Below, in pieces: positions 27,424-35,727 of a DNA stretch of 39,201 bases; the first letter of the stretch is position 1, and each line of letters opens with the position of its first letter. This stretch comes from a virus. Taxonomy: Duplodnaviria; Caudoviricetes. A program made the translations under genes and the position numbers. The notes under the pieces were generated by a model. The model saw only the letters and a list, made by a program, of their open reading frames with translations. It was not told where the DNA came from and did not search any database. Where the stretch lies: IMG/VR virus record IMGVR_UViG_3300032024_000227, positions 1 to 39,201 of that record; one strand, given 5' to 3'.

Positions 27424-27606
27424 TTATTGCAGGGTGAAACTGGAGGGCGAATCGACCGCGTCTACCGGGATCCGGTAGACCGCGCCGACCTGGATCGCCG
27501 GCAAACTGCCGTCCTCAATCCGTCGATAGACAGTTTTCAGGCTGATCCGCAGGATCTCCGCCACCTCGTCCGGTCGGTAATACCGTTTCACGGGCGTCTC
27601 GGTCAT
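27424..27606 (-). CDS. Excisionase/BldC-like (HTH_17) DNA-binding protein
   Basis: YYRPDEVAEILRISLKTVYRRIEDGSLPAIQVGAVYRIP. Confidence 0.85.
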   Translation of the reverse strand: MTETPVKRYYRPDEVAEILRISLKTVYRRIEDGSLPAIQVGAVYRIPVDAVDSPSSFTLQ

Positions 27607-27803
27607 ACATCCCTCCTGCTCGCGCCGTTCAGCCGCGCTTCCACCAGCGGCAGGCGCAGGCGGTAGATCCGACGCAGGCTGTCCAGCGCCGCGCGGGCCG
27701 CCTCGTGATCCGGGCCGTGGGCGTCGGTGAAGAGCTGTGCCCGCAGTCCACAATCTGCTCTGGCCTCCCTCGATTCCCAACCCATACTGCCTCTGTCGAT
27801 CAC
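27603..27803 (-). CDS. Hypothetical protein
   Basis: Coupled ORF overlapping both neighbours by 4 nt. Confidence 0.5.
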   Translation of the reverse strand: MIDRGSMGWESREARADCGLRAQLFTDAHGPDHEAARAALDSLRRIYRLRLPLVEARLNGASRRDV

Positions 27804-28345
27804 TGTCCGCCTCCTGTCGCCCGGTCGTAGCCGCCGGGATAGCGTTGTCCCATGGCGCGCAGCACATTCAACACGCGTGTGACCTCCTGGTTCGTTTGCG
27901 GCCAGGGCCGTCCGATCACCTTCCGGCAGAACCCGTCGCGCCGCCGCTGATCCCAGCCGATCCGCGCGAACAGCGCCTCGATAAGCGCCTGCTGCTTCGG
28001 CCTGATGACGCCCTCACCCGGCCTCCGGCCACCCTCTCCCGGCGGGAGAGGGGAGGGTGAGGGCCGGGGTGAGGGCCAGGTGTACGTCCGCCGCGCCGTC
28101 ACCGGCCTCGCCGGGCTGATCGCCGTTCGCCCTGGGCTGACCTTCACCTTCAGCTCGTCGATCAGCCACGCCGCCCGCGCATGGCTGAGCGCCTTGCAGG
28201 TGGCCACCTGGTAGCGCTCGCGGAGCATGAGGCGGTACGTGTCGTCATCCCACCCCAGCCGCCCGACCAGTGCATGGATCGCCTTGATCTGGCCGGGGCT
28301 GATCGATCGCGTAGCCCGCCCCGGCATGTCGTAAGCCGGGGTCAT
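27800..28345 (-). CDS. gemA: GemA / Mu gp16-like regulatory protein (DUF1018)
   Basis: QIKAIHALVGRLGWDDDTYRLML...TCKALS; carries an in-frame REP-like insert. Confidence 0.8.
   Translation of the reverse strand: MTPAYDMPGRATRSISPGQIKAIHALVGRLGWDDDTYRLMLRERYQVATCKALSHARAAWLIDELKVKVSPGRTAISPARPVTARRTYTWPSPRPSPSPLPPGEGGRRPGEGVIRPKQQALIEALFARIGWDQRRRDGFCRKVIGRPWPQTNQEVTRVLNVLRAMGQRYPGGYDRATGGGQ
28010..28076. repeat. REP-like family A copy (in gemA)
   Basis: GCCCTCACCCGGCCTCCGGCCACCCTCTCCC...GGGAGAGGGGAGGGTGAGGGC. Confidence 0.85.
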
Positions 28346-28731
28346 GCCGCGCCCCCGACTTGCCGTAGCAGGATCTCGATGAGGGTCTTGAGCCCACCCC
28401 GCGACCCGTCCCGTAGTGTGTCCCGCAGCCAGTCGGCCCACGGCTTCTTCTCCTGCAGCGCCTCCGGGACCGCCTGCAACAGCGCGAGCCCCTTCGCGCT
28501 CAGGACGACACCGACGAAGCGATCGTCGAGCGTCTCGGCCTGGATCCGGATCACCCTCTCGTCGCGCAGGAACCGGATCGTGGCCGCGTAGGCCAGCCTG
28601 CTCACGCGGTCCGCCGCCTCATCGAGGTCGTCCATCCGTAACGTCGTTGGCACCGGAAACGCGGCATACAGCCGCCCCAGCACCAGCGCCACCCCGCGAT
28701 TGAAGTCCTCAATGTTCCGTTCGTTCGCCAT
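28342..28731 (-). CDS. Hypothetical protein (possibly winged helix)
   Basis: NIEDFN...LGRLYAAFP...TIRFLRDE...VLSAKGLALL; RBS present. Confidence 0.7.
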   Translation of the reverse strand: MANERNIEDFNRGVALVLGRLYAAFPVPTTLRMDDLDEAADRVSRLAYAATIRFLRDERVIRIQAETLDDRFVGVVLSAKGLALLQAVPEALQEKKPWADWLRDTLRDGSRGGLKTLIEILLRQVGGAA

Positions 28732-28740
28732 CGTCTCTCC

Positions 28741-29082
28741 TCATGCTGCGTCCTCAATCTCCAAGAGGAGCTGATCGACCGTCTCGCGCAACGTGCTGCG
28801 CTTCAGCCGACTCATCCGCACCAGGATCGACAGCGCCCGGCCCCGCAGCGACTCCGTCACTTCGAGAATTTCGCTCAACGTCTCCGGGATAAAATACCCG
28901 GCCGGCGGGTGCGGGCTGCTCGCGATCGGGGCGCCGCACTGTTCGATCAGCGCCTTCACGATCTTCCGGACGGCGCGGTCCGACAGCCCTGTCCAGATCG
29001 CCAGGGTCGCCGCGCTGATGGCGTTCGCCCGGCCGTGCCGACAGGAGATTCGCTTCCACACGCGGGTCTCGTTAGGCGACAC
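28741..29082 (-). CDS. HTH DNA-binding protein
   Basis: GRANAISAATLAIWTGLSDRAVRKIVKAL...PIAS...GYF; start uncertain. Confidence 0.7.
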   Translation of the reverse strand: MSPNETRVWKRISCRHGRANAISAATLAIWTGLSDRAVRKIVKALIEQCGAPIASSPHPPAGYFIPETLSEILEVTESLRGRALSILVRMSRLKRSTLRETVDQLLLEIEDAA

Positions 29083-29281
29083 GTCTCGCCTCCAGCCGGG
29101 CCGCACGCGCCGCCGCCAGGATCGGCTCGATGATCGCCCGCCAACAGAGCCGGCAGAGATCGTGCTGGCGTATCGCCACCCGCTTGCGCGTGGCCGCCGC
29201 CCGGCTATGGGGCGACCGGAGCGGGTTGATCAGGATCAGCACCCGGCGCTTGCCGCATTCGCCGCACAGCATCCGCGTCAC
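29072..29281 (-). CDS. Small CxxC-CxxC protein
   Basis: CGEC...CRLC; GTG overlaps the gam stop. Confidence 0.5.
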   Translation of the reverse strand: MTRMLCGECGKRRVLILINPLRSPHSRAAATRKRVAIRQHDLCRLCWRAIIEPILAAARAARLEARRVA

Positions 29282-29823
29282 GCCGCTGCCGGCTGCTCGT
29301 CGCGGCAACTGTCCAGGAGCGCCTCGACCAGCTTGTCGACCTCGCTGTCGGTCGGCGCGATCACCACCTCGTCGCCCGTCTCAATCACACGGACACCGAC
29401 GCGCTTCAAGTCGGCGGCTGTGAGCTGCGCAAGCGCGGATTTGCTGGGCGTTTCCCGGACGACGATCAGGACATCGGCCTGGTCAGGATAGTGCTTGCGG
29501 ATCAGCGCGACGACCTGGTCGGCGTCGTCCCAGACGAGTTTGCCGGTCGATTTCCGGTAGCCGACTTTGACCCCATGCAGGATCACGGTCTTCGGCCGCT
29601 CGAACAGCTCCGGCGCGGCCTCGATCACCTGCCGCAGCGTGCCTTCGGCCTCGGCCGCTCTGGCCAGCGCGGCCTTGATCCCCGGCAGCCGCTGGCGCTT
29701 GATCGCCCCCAGCTCCGCCTCCAGCCGCCGGACGCGCTCCGCCAGCACCTCGCGCGCGTTGGCGTACAGCCGCGTCGCGCCTTCAATCATCTCCATCGTC
29801 ACCTCCATGCCGGCCTCCATCAT
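29278..29823 (-). CDS. gam: Host-nuclease inhibitor Gam-like protein
   Basis: PELFERPKTVILHGVKVGYRKS...ETPSKSAL...LKRVGV; GGAGGAGG RBS. Confidence 0.75.
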   Translation of the reverse strand: MMEAGMEVTMEMIEGATRLYANAREVLAERVRRLEAELGAIKRQRLPGIKAALARAAEAEGTLRQVIEAAPELFERPKTVILHGVKVGYRKSTGKLVWDDADQVVALIRKHYPDQADVLIVVRETPSKSALAQLTAADLKRVGVRVIETGDEVVIAPTDSEVDKLVEALLDSCRDEQPAAA

Positions 29824-30158
29824 GCTGCCTCCTCCCTCACCCCGTCCCTCTCCCGTCGGGAGAGGGTGGCCGGAGGCCGGGTGAGGGCGTAGTTCGCCGC
29901 AGCCACGTCTGCGGCCCGATGCGCGTAAAAGTCGCGGATCGCCTGATGCCACGTCGCCCGGCATGGATCGCAGCGCAGATCGATCCCGCCCGTCATCCCC
30001 AGCCCCGGTATCAGATAGAGGATCCGCGCGGGCCTCCCGCACGCCTGACAGACATCCCGCGCCGGCCGCCCCTCGACCCGATCCGCCAGCCGGTCCAGCA
30101 GTCCCGCCGCCCCGTCCACGATCCTGTCCCACAAATCCCTCAGCGTTCGCTCGGTCAT
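29820..30158 (-). CDS. Hypothetical CxxC-CxxC protein
   Basis: CQAC...CDPC; coupled to both neighbours; C-terminus encoded by a REP-like repeat. Confidence 0.55.
   Translation of the reverse strand: MTERTLRDLWDRIVDGAAGLLDRLADRVEGRPARDVCQACGRPARILYLIPGLGMTGGIDLRCDPCRATWHQAIRDFYAHRAADVAAANYALTRPPATLSRRERDGVREEAA
29834..29888. repeat. REP-like family A copy (inverted)
   Basis: Reverse complement shares the same 31-nt arm as the 28010 and 31466 copies. Confidence 0.85.
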
Positions 30159-31543
30159 CTCGCCCCTCCCGTGCCCAGCTCGTGGATCAGCTCGGCGGTG
30201 ACCTTCGGCTCCCCGCGCGTCGCGGCCGCGCCCATGGCCTTCGCCAGCCAGCGATGCAGCGTCAGCGGGTAGGTGTGGCTCACGGTTTTTTTACGGCCCA
30301 GCTCGGCGACCGTCAGTCGCTCGGCCAGGGCATCCACGGCCGCCGGCTCGATGATTTTGTCCAGTTCCGCCCCCGCGCGCTTGAGCAGATGTTGCAGATA
30401 CGCCCGCGTGTCGCCGTTCATCGGCCCAAGTTCGACCAACTGGCACCGGCGGACCATCTCGCGCATATCGAACCCCTCGCCGGATTCCTCCAGCCGCTGC
30501 TTGAGTTCGAGCTGGCCGATCAGCAGGATCCCGAGCAGGCGGGTGGTTCCCTCGCCCGTGCTGAGCGTCAGCTCCCAGAATTGTTTGAGATACCGCAACG
30601 TCCGTTGCGGCAGCAGGTGGGCCTCTTCGATCGCCAGCAGATGCCGATGCCCGGCGGCCGCGCGGTCGCGCAACAGCCGCGTCATCTGCCGCGCTTTGGC
30701 CTCCAGCCGCGTCATCGGCTTCTCGCCGCTGACGTCGTAGATGATCGCGTCGGCGATATACTCGGCGGACAGCCGCGTCTTGTCGATCGTCTGCGGGAAG
30801 ACAATCCGCACCTGGTCCTCGCGGGCCAGATCCCGGAACAGCTTGTCGCGTAGCGTTGATTTGCCCGCGCCCACCTCGCCGACGAGCGCCACAAACCCGC
30901 TATGGTGGGCCATCTCCCAGAGGCAGTCCGTGACGTAGTGCTGCTCCTCGCCCATGTAGAGGTCCTTGTCCCGCTCGATCTCCAACAAGAACGGATTGCG
31001 AAACAGTTTAAAGTGCCGCAAGGTCTTCGTGTCGATCATCGCCACCTCCCAGGGGATCAATGCCCCTTCCGCCTCCGCCGCCTGCGCCCGCGCAGGGTCG
31101 GGGCTCCATTTGTTTCGCGCAAACCCCACAGGCATCAGCCTGCGGACGAGTCCGTGCGTCGCCTCTTCCTCCCAGATCGAGGGGACCGGCAGGGTCCGCG
31201 CCGACAGCCACGCGGCCATCTTGGCCTGCCCCGCGACCCACGCCTCGACGCGGGCCCGGAAGGCCTGGCGGTCGGCCGATTGCTGTTTCGCCGGTTTACT
31301 GTCCCGATGGCCGGGGTAATAGCCGCGCCGCGAGCGGACCAGGATCCACGTCGTCCGTTTGACCCCGAATTGCACCGCCGCCTGCTCGTCCGTCACCCCG
31401 CAGTCCTTCATACACCGCGTCAGTCCAATCGCCACCCGCGGCAGCGCATACGCCGATGCACCTCCGCCCTCACCCGGCCTCCGGCCACCCTCTCCCCCCG
31501 GGAGAGGGGAGGGTGAGGGCCTACCCGACCGCGCGTGTGCCAT
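30155..31543 (-). CDS. Transposition AAA+ ATPase (MuB/ExeA-like)
   Basis: Walker A GEVGAGKS, Walker B LAIEEAH, LIGQLEL; directly after the transposase. Confidence 0.9.
   Translation of the reverse strand: MAHARSGRPSPSPLPGGEGGRRPGEGGGASAYALPRVAIGLTRCMKDCGVTDEQAAVQFGVKRTTWILVRSRRGYYPGHRDSKPAKQQSADRQAFRARVEAWVAGQAKMAAWLSARTLPVPSIWEEEATHGLVRRLMPVGFARNKWSPDPARAQAAEAEGALIPWEVAMIDTKTLRHFKLFRNPFLLEIERDKDLYMGEEQHYVTDCLWEMAHHSGFVALVGEVGAGKSTLRDKLFRDLAREDQVRIVFPQTIDKTRLSAEYIADAIIYDVSGEKPMTRLEAKARQMTRLLRDRAAAGHRHLLAIEEAHLLPQRTLRYLKQFWELTLSTGEGTTRLLGILLIGQLELKQRLEESGEGFDMREMVRRCQLVELGPMNGDTRAYLQHLLKRAGAELDKIIEPAAVDALAERLTVAELGRKKTVSHTYPLTLHRWLAKAMGAAATRGEPKVTAELIHELGTGGAR
31466..31520. repeat. REP-like family A copy (ATPase N-terminus)
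   Basis: GCCCTCACCCGGCCTCCGGCCACCCTCTCCC...GGGAGAGGGGAGGGTGAGGGC. Confidence 0.85.
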
Positions 31544-33275
31544 CTCGCTCCTCCTCCGCGTAGGGGCGGGGTTGATCCCCGCCCGTCAACTGGTTTAGTA
31601 CCTCGTCGATGTCGCTCATCCGGCACCCCTCAGGCCACGCGGCCCGGATCCGGGCATTCTCCGCCCGCGTCAGCGGCCGCCCCAGGCTCTCCGCCAGCTC
31701 CCCCAACAGCCCCATCACCGTCACCCGCCGCTCGGCCGCCGGGTCTGTCGGCGCCCGAAGCGTCCCCGGTGTCGGCCGCGTTACCAACTTGTCGGCGGCG
31801 TCGCCAACCCCCTCGAACCATGTGGGTGTCGGCGTCTCGGCCTTCGGCCCCACCGCAATCCGCTTATCACCCGTTCCTTTCCAGGTGATCCCCCATCCCT
31901 GGGCGACCTGTTCCATCTCGCCGATCGCCCGCTGCGTGATCGTGGCGGCCGGCTTCCGGATCTCGCCGGGCCGGACGCTGTCCTCCAGAAATCCACCTAA
32001 CACCTGAAGCGGCTTCAGCCGCCACACCGCAAGCGCGTGACCGTCCGTCTGATCCTTCCATGTGACCTCCACCTCCGGATAGGCGCGCGGGTCGTACGCT
32101 ACCTCCACCCAACCACCCCACGCGTTCGTATCCGGCACCAAGTAGAAGCGCCGCTCGTACTTGACCCGCCCGTTGTGACCGACCTGTCGAGGCTGCCTCC
32201 CGGCTCGGATGATGGCCCGGCATGCCTCCGGCGTCGGTGGGACAAAGAGCTGCTCGGGCTGGATCTCGCTCCACCATTGCATTCGCGTCCGGCCGCGCGG
32301 GTCGATCGCCTCACGAAACGGCCGTAGGCAGTTGACCTCCACGCAGTGGTCGAACGCCCGCCGGTTCAGCTCATCCTCGTTGCGGGGCGGCTTCAGTCGC
32401 AGCCCCGCGTCGAACTCCTCCAGAAAGCCATGCAGTTCCTCGACGGAGCCCTTCGCCTGGGGATTGCCGGGCATATGCGTCCGCAGGTCGATCTTGAATG
32501 CGCGGCAGAAGGCCTTCGCCGATTGCGCTTTGGCGAACGAGCCTTTGTCGGCCAAGACCAGGTCCGGGATTCCGTGAAAGATGTAGGCGGCATGCGCCTT
32601 GGGCTGCATCGCGGCGATCAGAAACTCGATGGCGTCCTGGGCCGTCTCGCCGCTGGCGTAGACATACTGGAAGAAGAAGGCGCCTGAGTAGTGATCCACC
32701 AACGCGATCCGCCACAGGTGCCGCCGGATCTGCCGAAACTCTGCTGGGTGGTTCTTGTGCAGCGCGGTCATCACGTCCCGCTCGCGGAAGATGCCGCCAT
32801 CGTCGAAGTACCATTGATGACAGGCGGTAAAGTCGATCTGCCACTCGGCGTTCGGGTGGGCGGTGGCGCGCGACCGGTACGGCTTCGGGCGTTTCAGGTC
32901 GGCCTTGCTCATCCCGTGGCGACGCAGTTCACGGCAGATCGTGCCGTATCCTACGTCCGCCGTGATCTGCTCCGTCCGGCGCAACAGCCGCTCCGCCTGC
33001 TTGACCGTCATCGGGATCCGCCCGTCCATCCGTCGGCTGATCTTCAACAGCGTCGCCACCTTCAGCGCCTCGTCCCGCGACAGGCTCGACCGGCCCCGAT
33101 CCTGTCGTGTGGCGCTCGCCCGCAGACCGGCCTTGCGCGTGATCGCGCTGATCGCCTGTTTGCTGATGCCGTAGGTGGTCGCGTAGGCACGGACCGTTTC
33201 AGCCCGCTCGGCGCCGGTCAGGCCCCGCAGGGCATCGACGAGCTGTCGCTTCACGTCGTCTCCAATGCGCAGCAT
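31521..33275 (-). CDS. DDE transposase (MuA functional analogue)
   Basis: PNAEWQIDFT, VDHYSG, ADKGS, PGNPQAKGSVE. Confidence 0.92.
   Translation of the reverse strand: MLRIGDDVKRQLVDALRGLTGAERAETVRAYATTYGISKQAISAITRKAGLRASATRQDRGRSSLSRDEALKVATLLKISRRMDGRIPMTVKQAERLLRRTEQITADVGYGTICRELRRHGMSKADLKRPKPYRSRATAHPNAEWQIDFTACHQWYFDDGGIFRERDVMTALHKNHPAEFRQIRRHLWRIALVDHYSGAFFFQYVYASGETAQDAIEFLIAAMQPKAHAAYIFHGIPDLVLADKGSFAKAQSAKAFCRAFKIDLRTHMPGNPQAKGSVEELHGFLEEFDAGLRLKPPRNEDELNRRAFDHCVEVNCLRPFREAIDPRGRTRMQWWSEIQPEQLFVPPTPEACRAIIRAGRQPRQVGHNGRVKYERRFYLVPDTNAWGGWVEVAYDPRAYPEVEVTWKDQTDGHALAVWRLKPLQVLGGFLEDSVRPGEIRKPAATITQRAIGEMEQVAQGWGITWKGTGDKRIAVGPKAETPTPTWFEGVGDAADKLVTRPTPGTLRAPTDPAAERRVTVMGLLGELAESLGRPLTRAENARIRAAWPEGCRMSDIDEVLNQLTGGDQPRPYAEEERDGTRAVG
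31560..31584 (+). repeat. GTAG-type REP (in transposase 3' end)
   Basis: GTAG-GGGCGGGG-TTGAT-CCCCGCCC. Confidence 0.65.
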
Positions 33276-33281
33276 GTGGCG

Positions 33282-34274
33282 CTAGATCCCGGAGCTGTTC
33301 CTGCCTGCTGCGTCCTGTTGTAACAACTGCTCCGCCTGCGCCTCCAGCGTCCGCGCCGGCCACTCCCCTTGCGGCAGCGCCACCCGTGGCGGCTCGCCCA
33401 GGCGGGTCAGTTCGGCCACCATGGCGCCGCGCCGACCCAACAGCCGCAATCCTAACGTGTGGATCCGCAGCTGCAGCCACCCCAGCCACGTCACTGCCTC
33501 GCCCCAGAACTCGCGCGAGTGGTCGTCCTCATCGATCAGTCCGTCGAACGATTCGAGGAGGTGCTCCGTCTCGGTCTGCCAGCTCTTCAGTTGGTTCCAG
33601 CGCCGCCGGTCGGCCTCCGTCCCCATCTCGCGCGGGGCCGGGAGGGCTTGGATGCGAGCCGTCTCGTCCACCGCCGCATTACGGGCCATGATTAGCGCCT
33701 CGGCCGACTTACGCGCCATCTCCTGCTGCTGCTTCAGCGTCGCCTTCGTCTTCGCGGCCTCGTCTGTTGCGGCATCGCGCTGGGCGAACACCTCGCGCAA
33801 GACCTCGACGATCTGGTACGTGTGCGCGGCGTCGTTCGGGATCTGCTTGCCGCTGATGACGATACTGTTACCCTCCTGGTGGATTGTGCCGTCCTTTAGC
33901 AGACGACGGGCGGCGACGCGCTCCGCGTGTGTGGTCAGTTCGATGATCGCCTCATACGTCCCATCGCCGAAGGTCTCCAGCGTGTCGAGATACCGATCAA
34001 TCGTGCGCCGGCACTTCGGGAGCGCCGCATCACAGACCTCTTCCCAGCTCACGCGATGGTCCACGCACCAGGCTTTGAGTGTCTGGATGCGCTTGATCGC
34101 TGCGAGTCGACACAGGTCGCTCATCGCCACGAGCGCGCGCAGTTCGCCGAGCACCTCACGGTAGGCACCCGGCACCCGATCGAGAATTTCGCCGCCATGG
34201 GCGGGGGCTACCGCCTCTCTCGCCACCTGTAGCATCACATCCATTCTCTTCTGTTCTCGCTCTATCTGGCCCAT
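33282..34274 (-). CDS. Hypothetical coiled-coil protein upstream of transposase (possibly DUF3102-like)
   Basis: SWEEVC...RRTIDRYL motif; positional analogy with other transposable phages; GGAGG RBS. Confidence 0.6.
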   Translation of the reverse strand: MGQIEREQKRMDVMLQVAREAVAPAHGGEILDRVPGAYREVLGELRALVAMSDLCRLAAIKRIQTLKAWCVDHRVSWEEVCDAALPKCRRTIDRYLDTLETFGDGTYEAIIELTTHAERVAARRLLKDGTIHQEGNSIVISGKQIPNDAAHTYQIVEVLREVFAQRDAATDEAAKTKATLKQQQEMARKSAEALIMARNAAVDETARIQALPAPREMGTEADRRRWNQLKSWQTETEHLLESFDGLIDEDDHSREFWGEAVTWLGWLQLRIHTLGLRLLGRRGAMVAELTRLGEPPRVALPQGEWPARTLEAQAEQLLQQDAAGRNSSGI

Positions 34275-34926
34275 TTGCCCTCCAAACTGGACATATGTCC
34301 GTCCTTTTTAGATAGTGGTACGAGCAAAATCCATAGGTTGCGGAAAAAGTGCCGGACACAATGTCCGGCTCACCGCCCCTCACCACTCCTTCCAGAAACT
34401 CCTCAGTCCGGGCCTTTTGGGTCGGCTTCGTGAACACGATCCAATGCGTTTTCGCCGTGGCCCCGCATCGCTGCCCAAATAGCGGCCGCTCCGGCGTAAG
34501 CTGCAGAACTGCGGAGACGGGCACCTGATGCTCGGGCCATTTGAAGATCAGCGTGCCCAGCGGGCACAGTACGCGGAAGCACTCGGCGAACCCTGCCCGG
34601 ATTTCCTCGCGCCAGGCGCGCTCCAGCGTCCCATACTTCCCCCGCTTCCATCCGTTCGGCCCAGCGAACGTGTGAGGCGGGTCGAACACAACGAGCGTGA
34701 ACGCCCCGTCGGGGAATGGCAGCGCCTTGAAGTCGGCGATCTGGTCTGGATCGATAATGATCTCGCGCCGGCCCTTCCGCGTGTCGACGTGGTGCCGCTC
34801 GCGCCGCTTATCCACAAACAGGGCGCGCTGGTCGGCCCGGTCAAACCAGAACATCCGCGGCCCACAGCAGACGTCCAGCGCGGCCGGGAAGGCTGGGCCA
34901 ACCGGCATCGTCCGCAATTTCGTCAT
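34156..34926 (-). CDS. SAM-dependent DNA methyltransferase (amino-MTase, DPPH)
   Basis: LDVCCGPRMFWF, VVFDPPH, ECFRVL...LIFKW, KTHWIVF; long atypical C-terminal tail overlapping the next gene. Confidence 0.85.
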   Translation of the reverse strand: MTKLRTMPVGPAFPAALDVCCGPRMFWFDRADQRALFVDKRRERHHVDTRKGRREIIIDPDQIADFKALPFPDGAFTLVVFDPPHTFAGPNGWKRGKYGTLERAWREEIRAGFAECFRVLCPLGTLIFKWPEHQVPVSAVLQLTPERPLFGQRCGATAKTHWIVFTKPTQKARTEEFLEGVVRGGEPDIVSGTFSATYGFCSYHYLKRTDICPVWRANGPDRARTEENGCDATGGERGGSPRPWRRNSRSGAGCLP

Positions 34927-35075
34927 CGCCCCCTCCCAACCCCGGCCCGCAGCTCCATCAGCTTCACCACGCGGTCGAACAACTCCCACTGCCGGGTGAT
35001 CATCTGCGCCTCGATCACGATCTCCGCCGCCAGGATCCCCAGGCCGATGACCTGGGCGTAGCCCACCGCCTTCAT
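34923..35075 (-). CDS. Small hypothetical protein (not in ORF track)
   Basis: MKAVGYAQVIGLGILAAEIVIE...; ATGA-coupled to the methyltransferase. Confidence 0.45.
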   Translation of the reverse strand: MKAVGYAQVIGLGILAAEIVIEAQMITRQWELFDRVVKLMELRAGVGRGR

Positions 35076-35084
35076 CGCCCGCCG

Positions 35085-35189
35085 TCACCACAGCCGTTGC
35101 CTGGTGAGCATCGGCTGATCGCAGTACGGACAGACCGTCATCGTGCGCGCGGCCGCCTTGGCCGCTGGCGCCATCGGCAATCCCTTCAT
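35085..35189 (-). CDS. Tiny CPYC peptide (not in ORF track)
   Basis: ATGA-coupled to the IclR-like gene; GGAGGGGAG RBS; 34 aa. Confidence 0.35.
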   Translation of the reverse strand: MKGLPMAPAAKAAARTMTVCPYCDQPMLTRQRLW

Positions 35190-35506
35190 CTCTCCCCTCC
35201 GTTCTCCGGCTCATCGACCAGCTCCGTGCTGCGCAGCGCCGCGTCAATGGTGGCCCGCTCGATTTTCAACCCTTTGCGGTAGCTCAACCACAACTGCGCC
35301 GCCAGCTTCCCCAGCCGCACCCCCAGCGCCATCCTCTCTATATAGCCCAGCGCCTCCAGCGTGGCCGACAGGCGGGAAATCGTGGCCTCCGACGTGTTCA
35401 GCCTCCTGGCGAGGTCACTCTGACTGGTCCCGCCCGGCCCCGCCTCCGCAATCGCCTCCAGCAGGTGAATTCCTTGTTCCAACCCTCGGCTCATCGTCCC
35501 CCTCAT
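35186..35506 (-). CDS. IclR-type HTH protein
   Basis: LEQGIHLLEAIA...SQSDLARRLNTSEATISRLSATLEALGYIE. Confidence 0.75.
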   Translation of the reverse strand: MRGTMSRGLEQGIHLLEAIAEAGPGGTSQSDLARRLNTSEATISRLSATLEALGYIERMALGVRLGKLAAQLWLSYRKGLKIERATIDAALRSTELVDEPENGGER

Positions 35507-35727
35507 TCAAGGCCGTATACGATCGCGATACCATCCGAGATCGTCCGGAGCAGCTCTGCTGTTTCGCGGAACCTGTCCGCCACCCTGGACGTGATCTTCA
35601 GGGCGTACTCTCCAGGTTCACGCGCCAACTCAAAGATCCGTCTGTCGCATTCGGCTGAAGCCTCCTCCATCAAGTTTGCCACCTGGAGATAGAGCTTCCG
35701 TCTTTTCGCCAATGCCTGTGTGCTCAT
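35503..35727 (-). CDS. Hypothetical protein
   Basis: MSTQALAKRR..., ATGA-coupled at both ends. Confidence 0.55.
   Translation of the reverse strand: MSTQALAKRRKLYLQVANLMEEASAECDRRIFELAREPGEYALKITSRVADRFRETAELLRTISDGIAIVYGLE

Noticed and set aside
27424-27606. Excisionase implying site-specific integration
   Set aside because: No tyrosine or serine integrase; the element has transposon-type ends and a DDE transposase
20776-31584. CRISPR or mini-array interpretation of the palindromes
   Set aside because: Dispersed, mixed orientations, no regular spacers, no cas genes
14556-35247. Long N-terminal extensions in the ORF track (starts 15476, 26946, 27867, 28441, 30132, 35247)
   Set aside because: They overlap upstream genes; internal starts with RBS or stop-start coupling fit better
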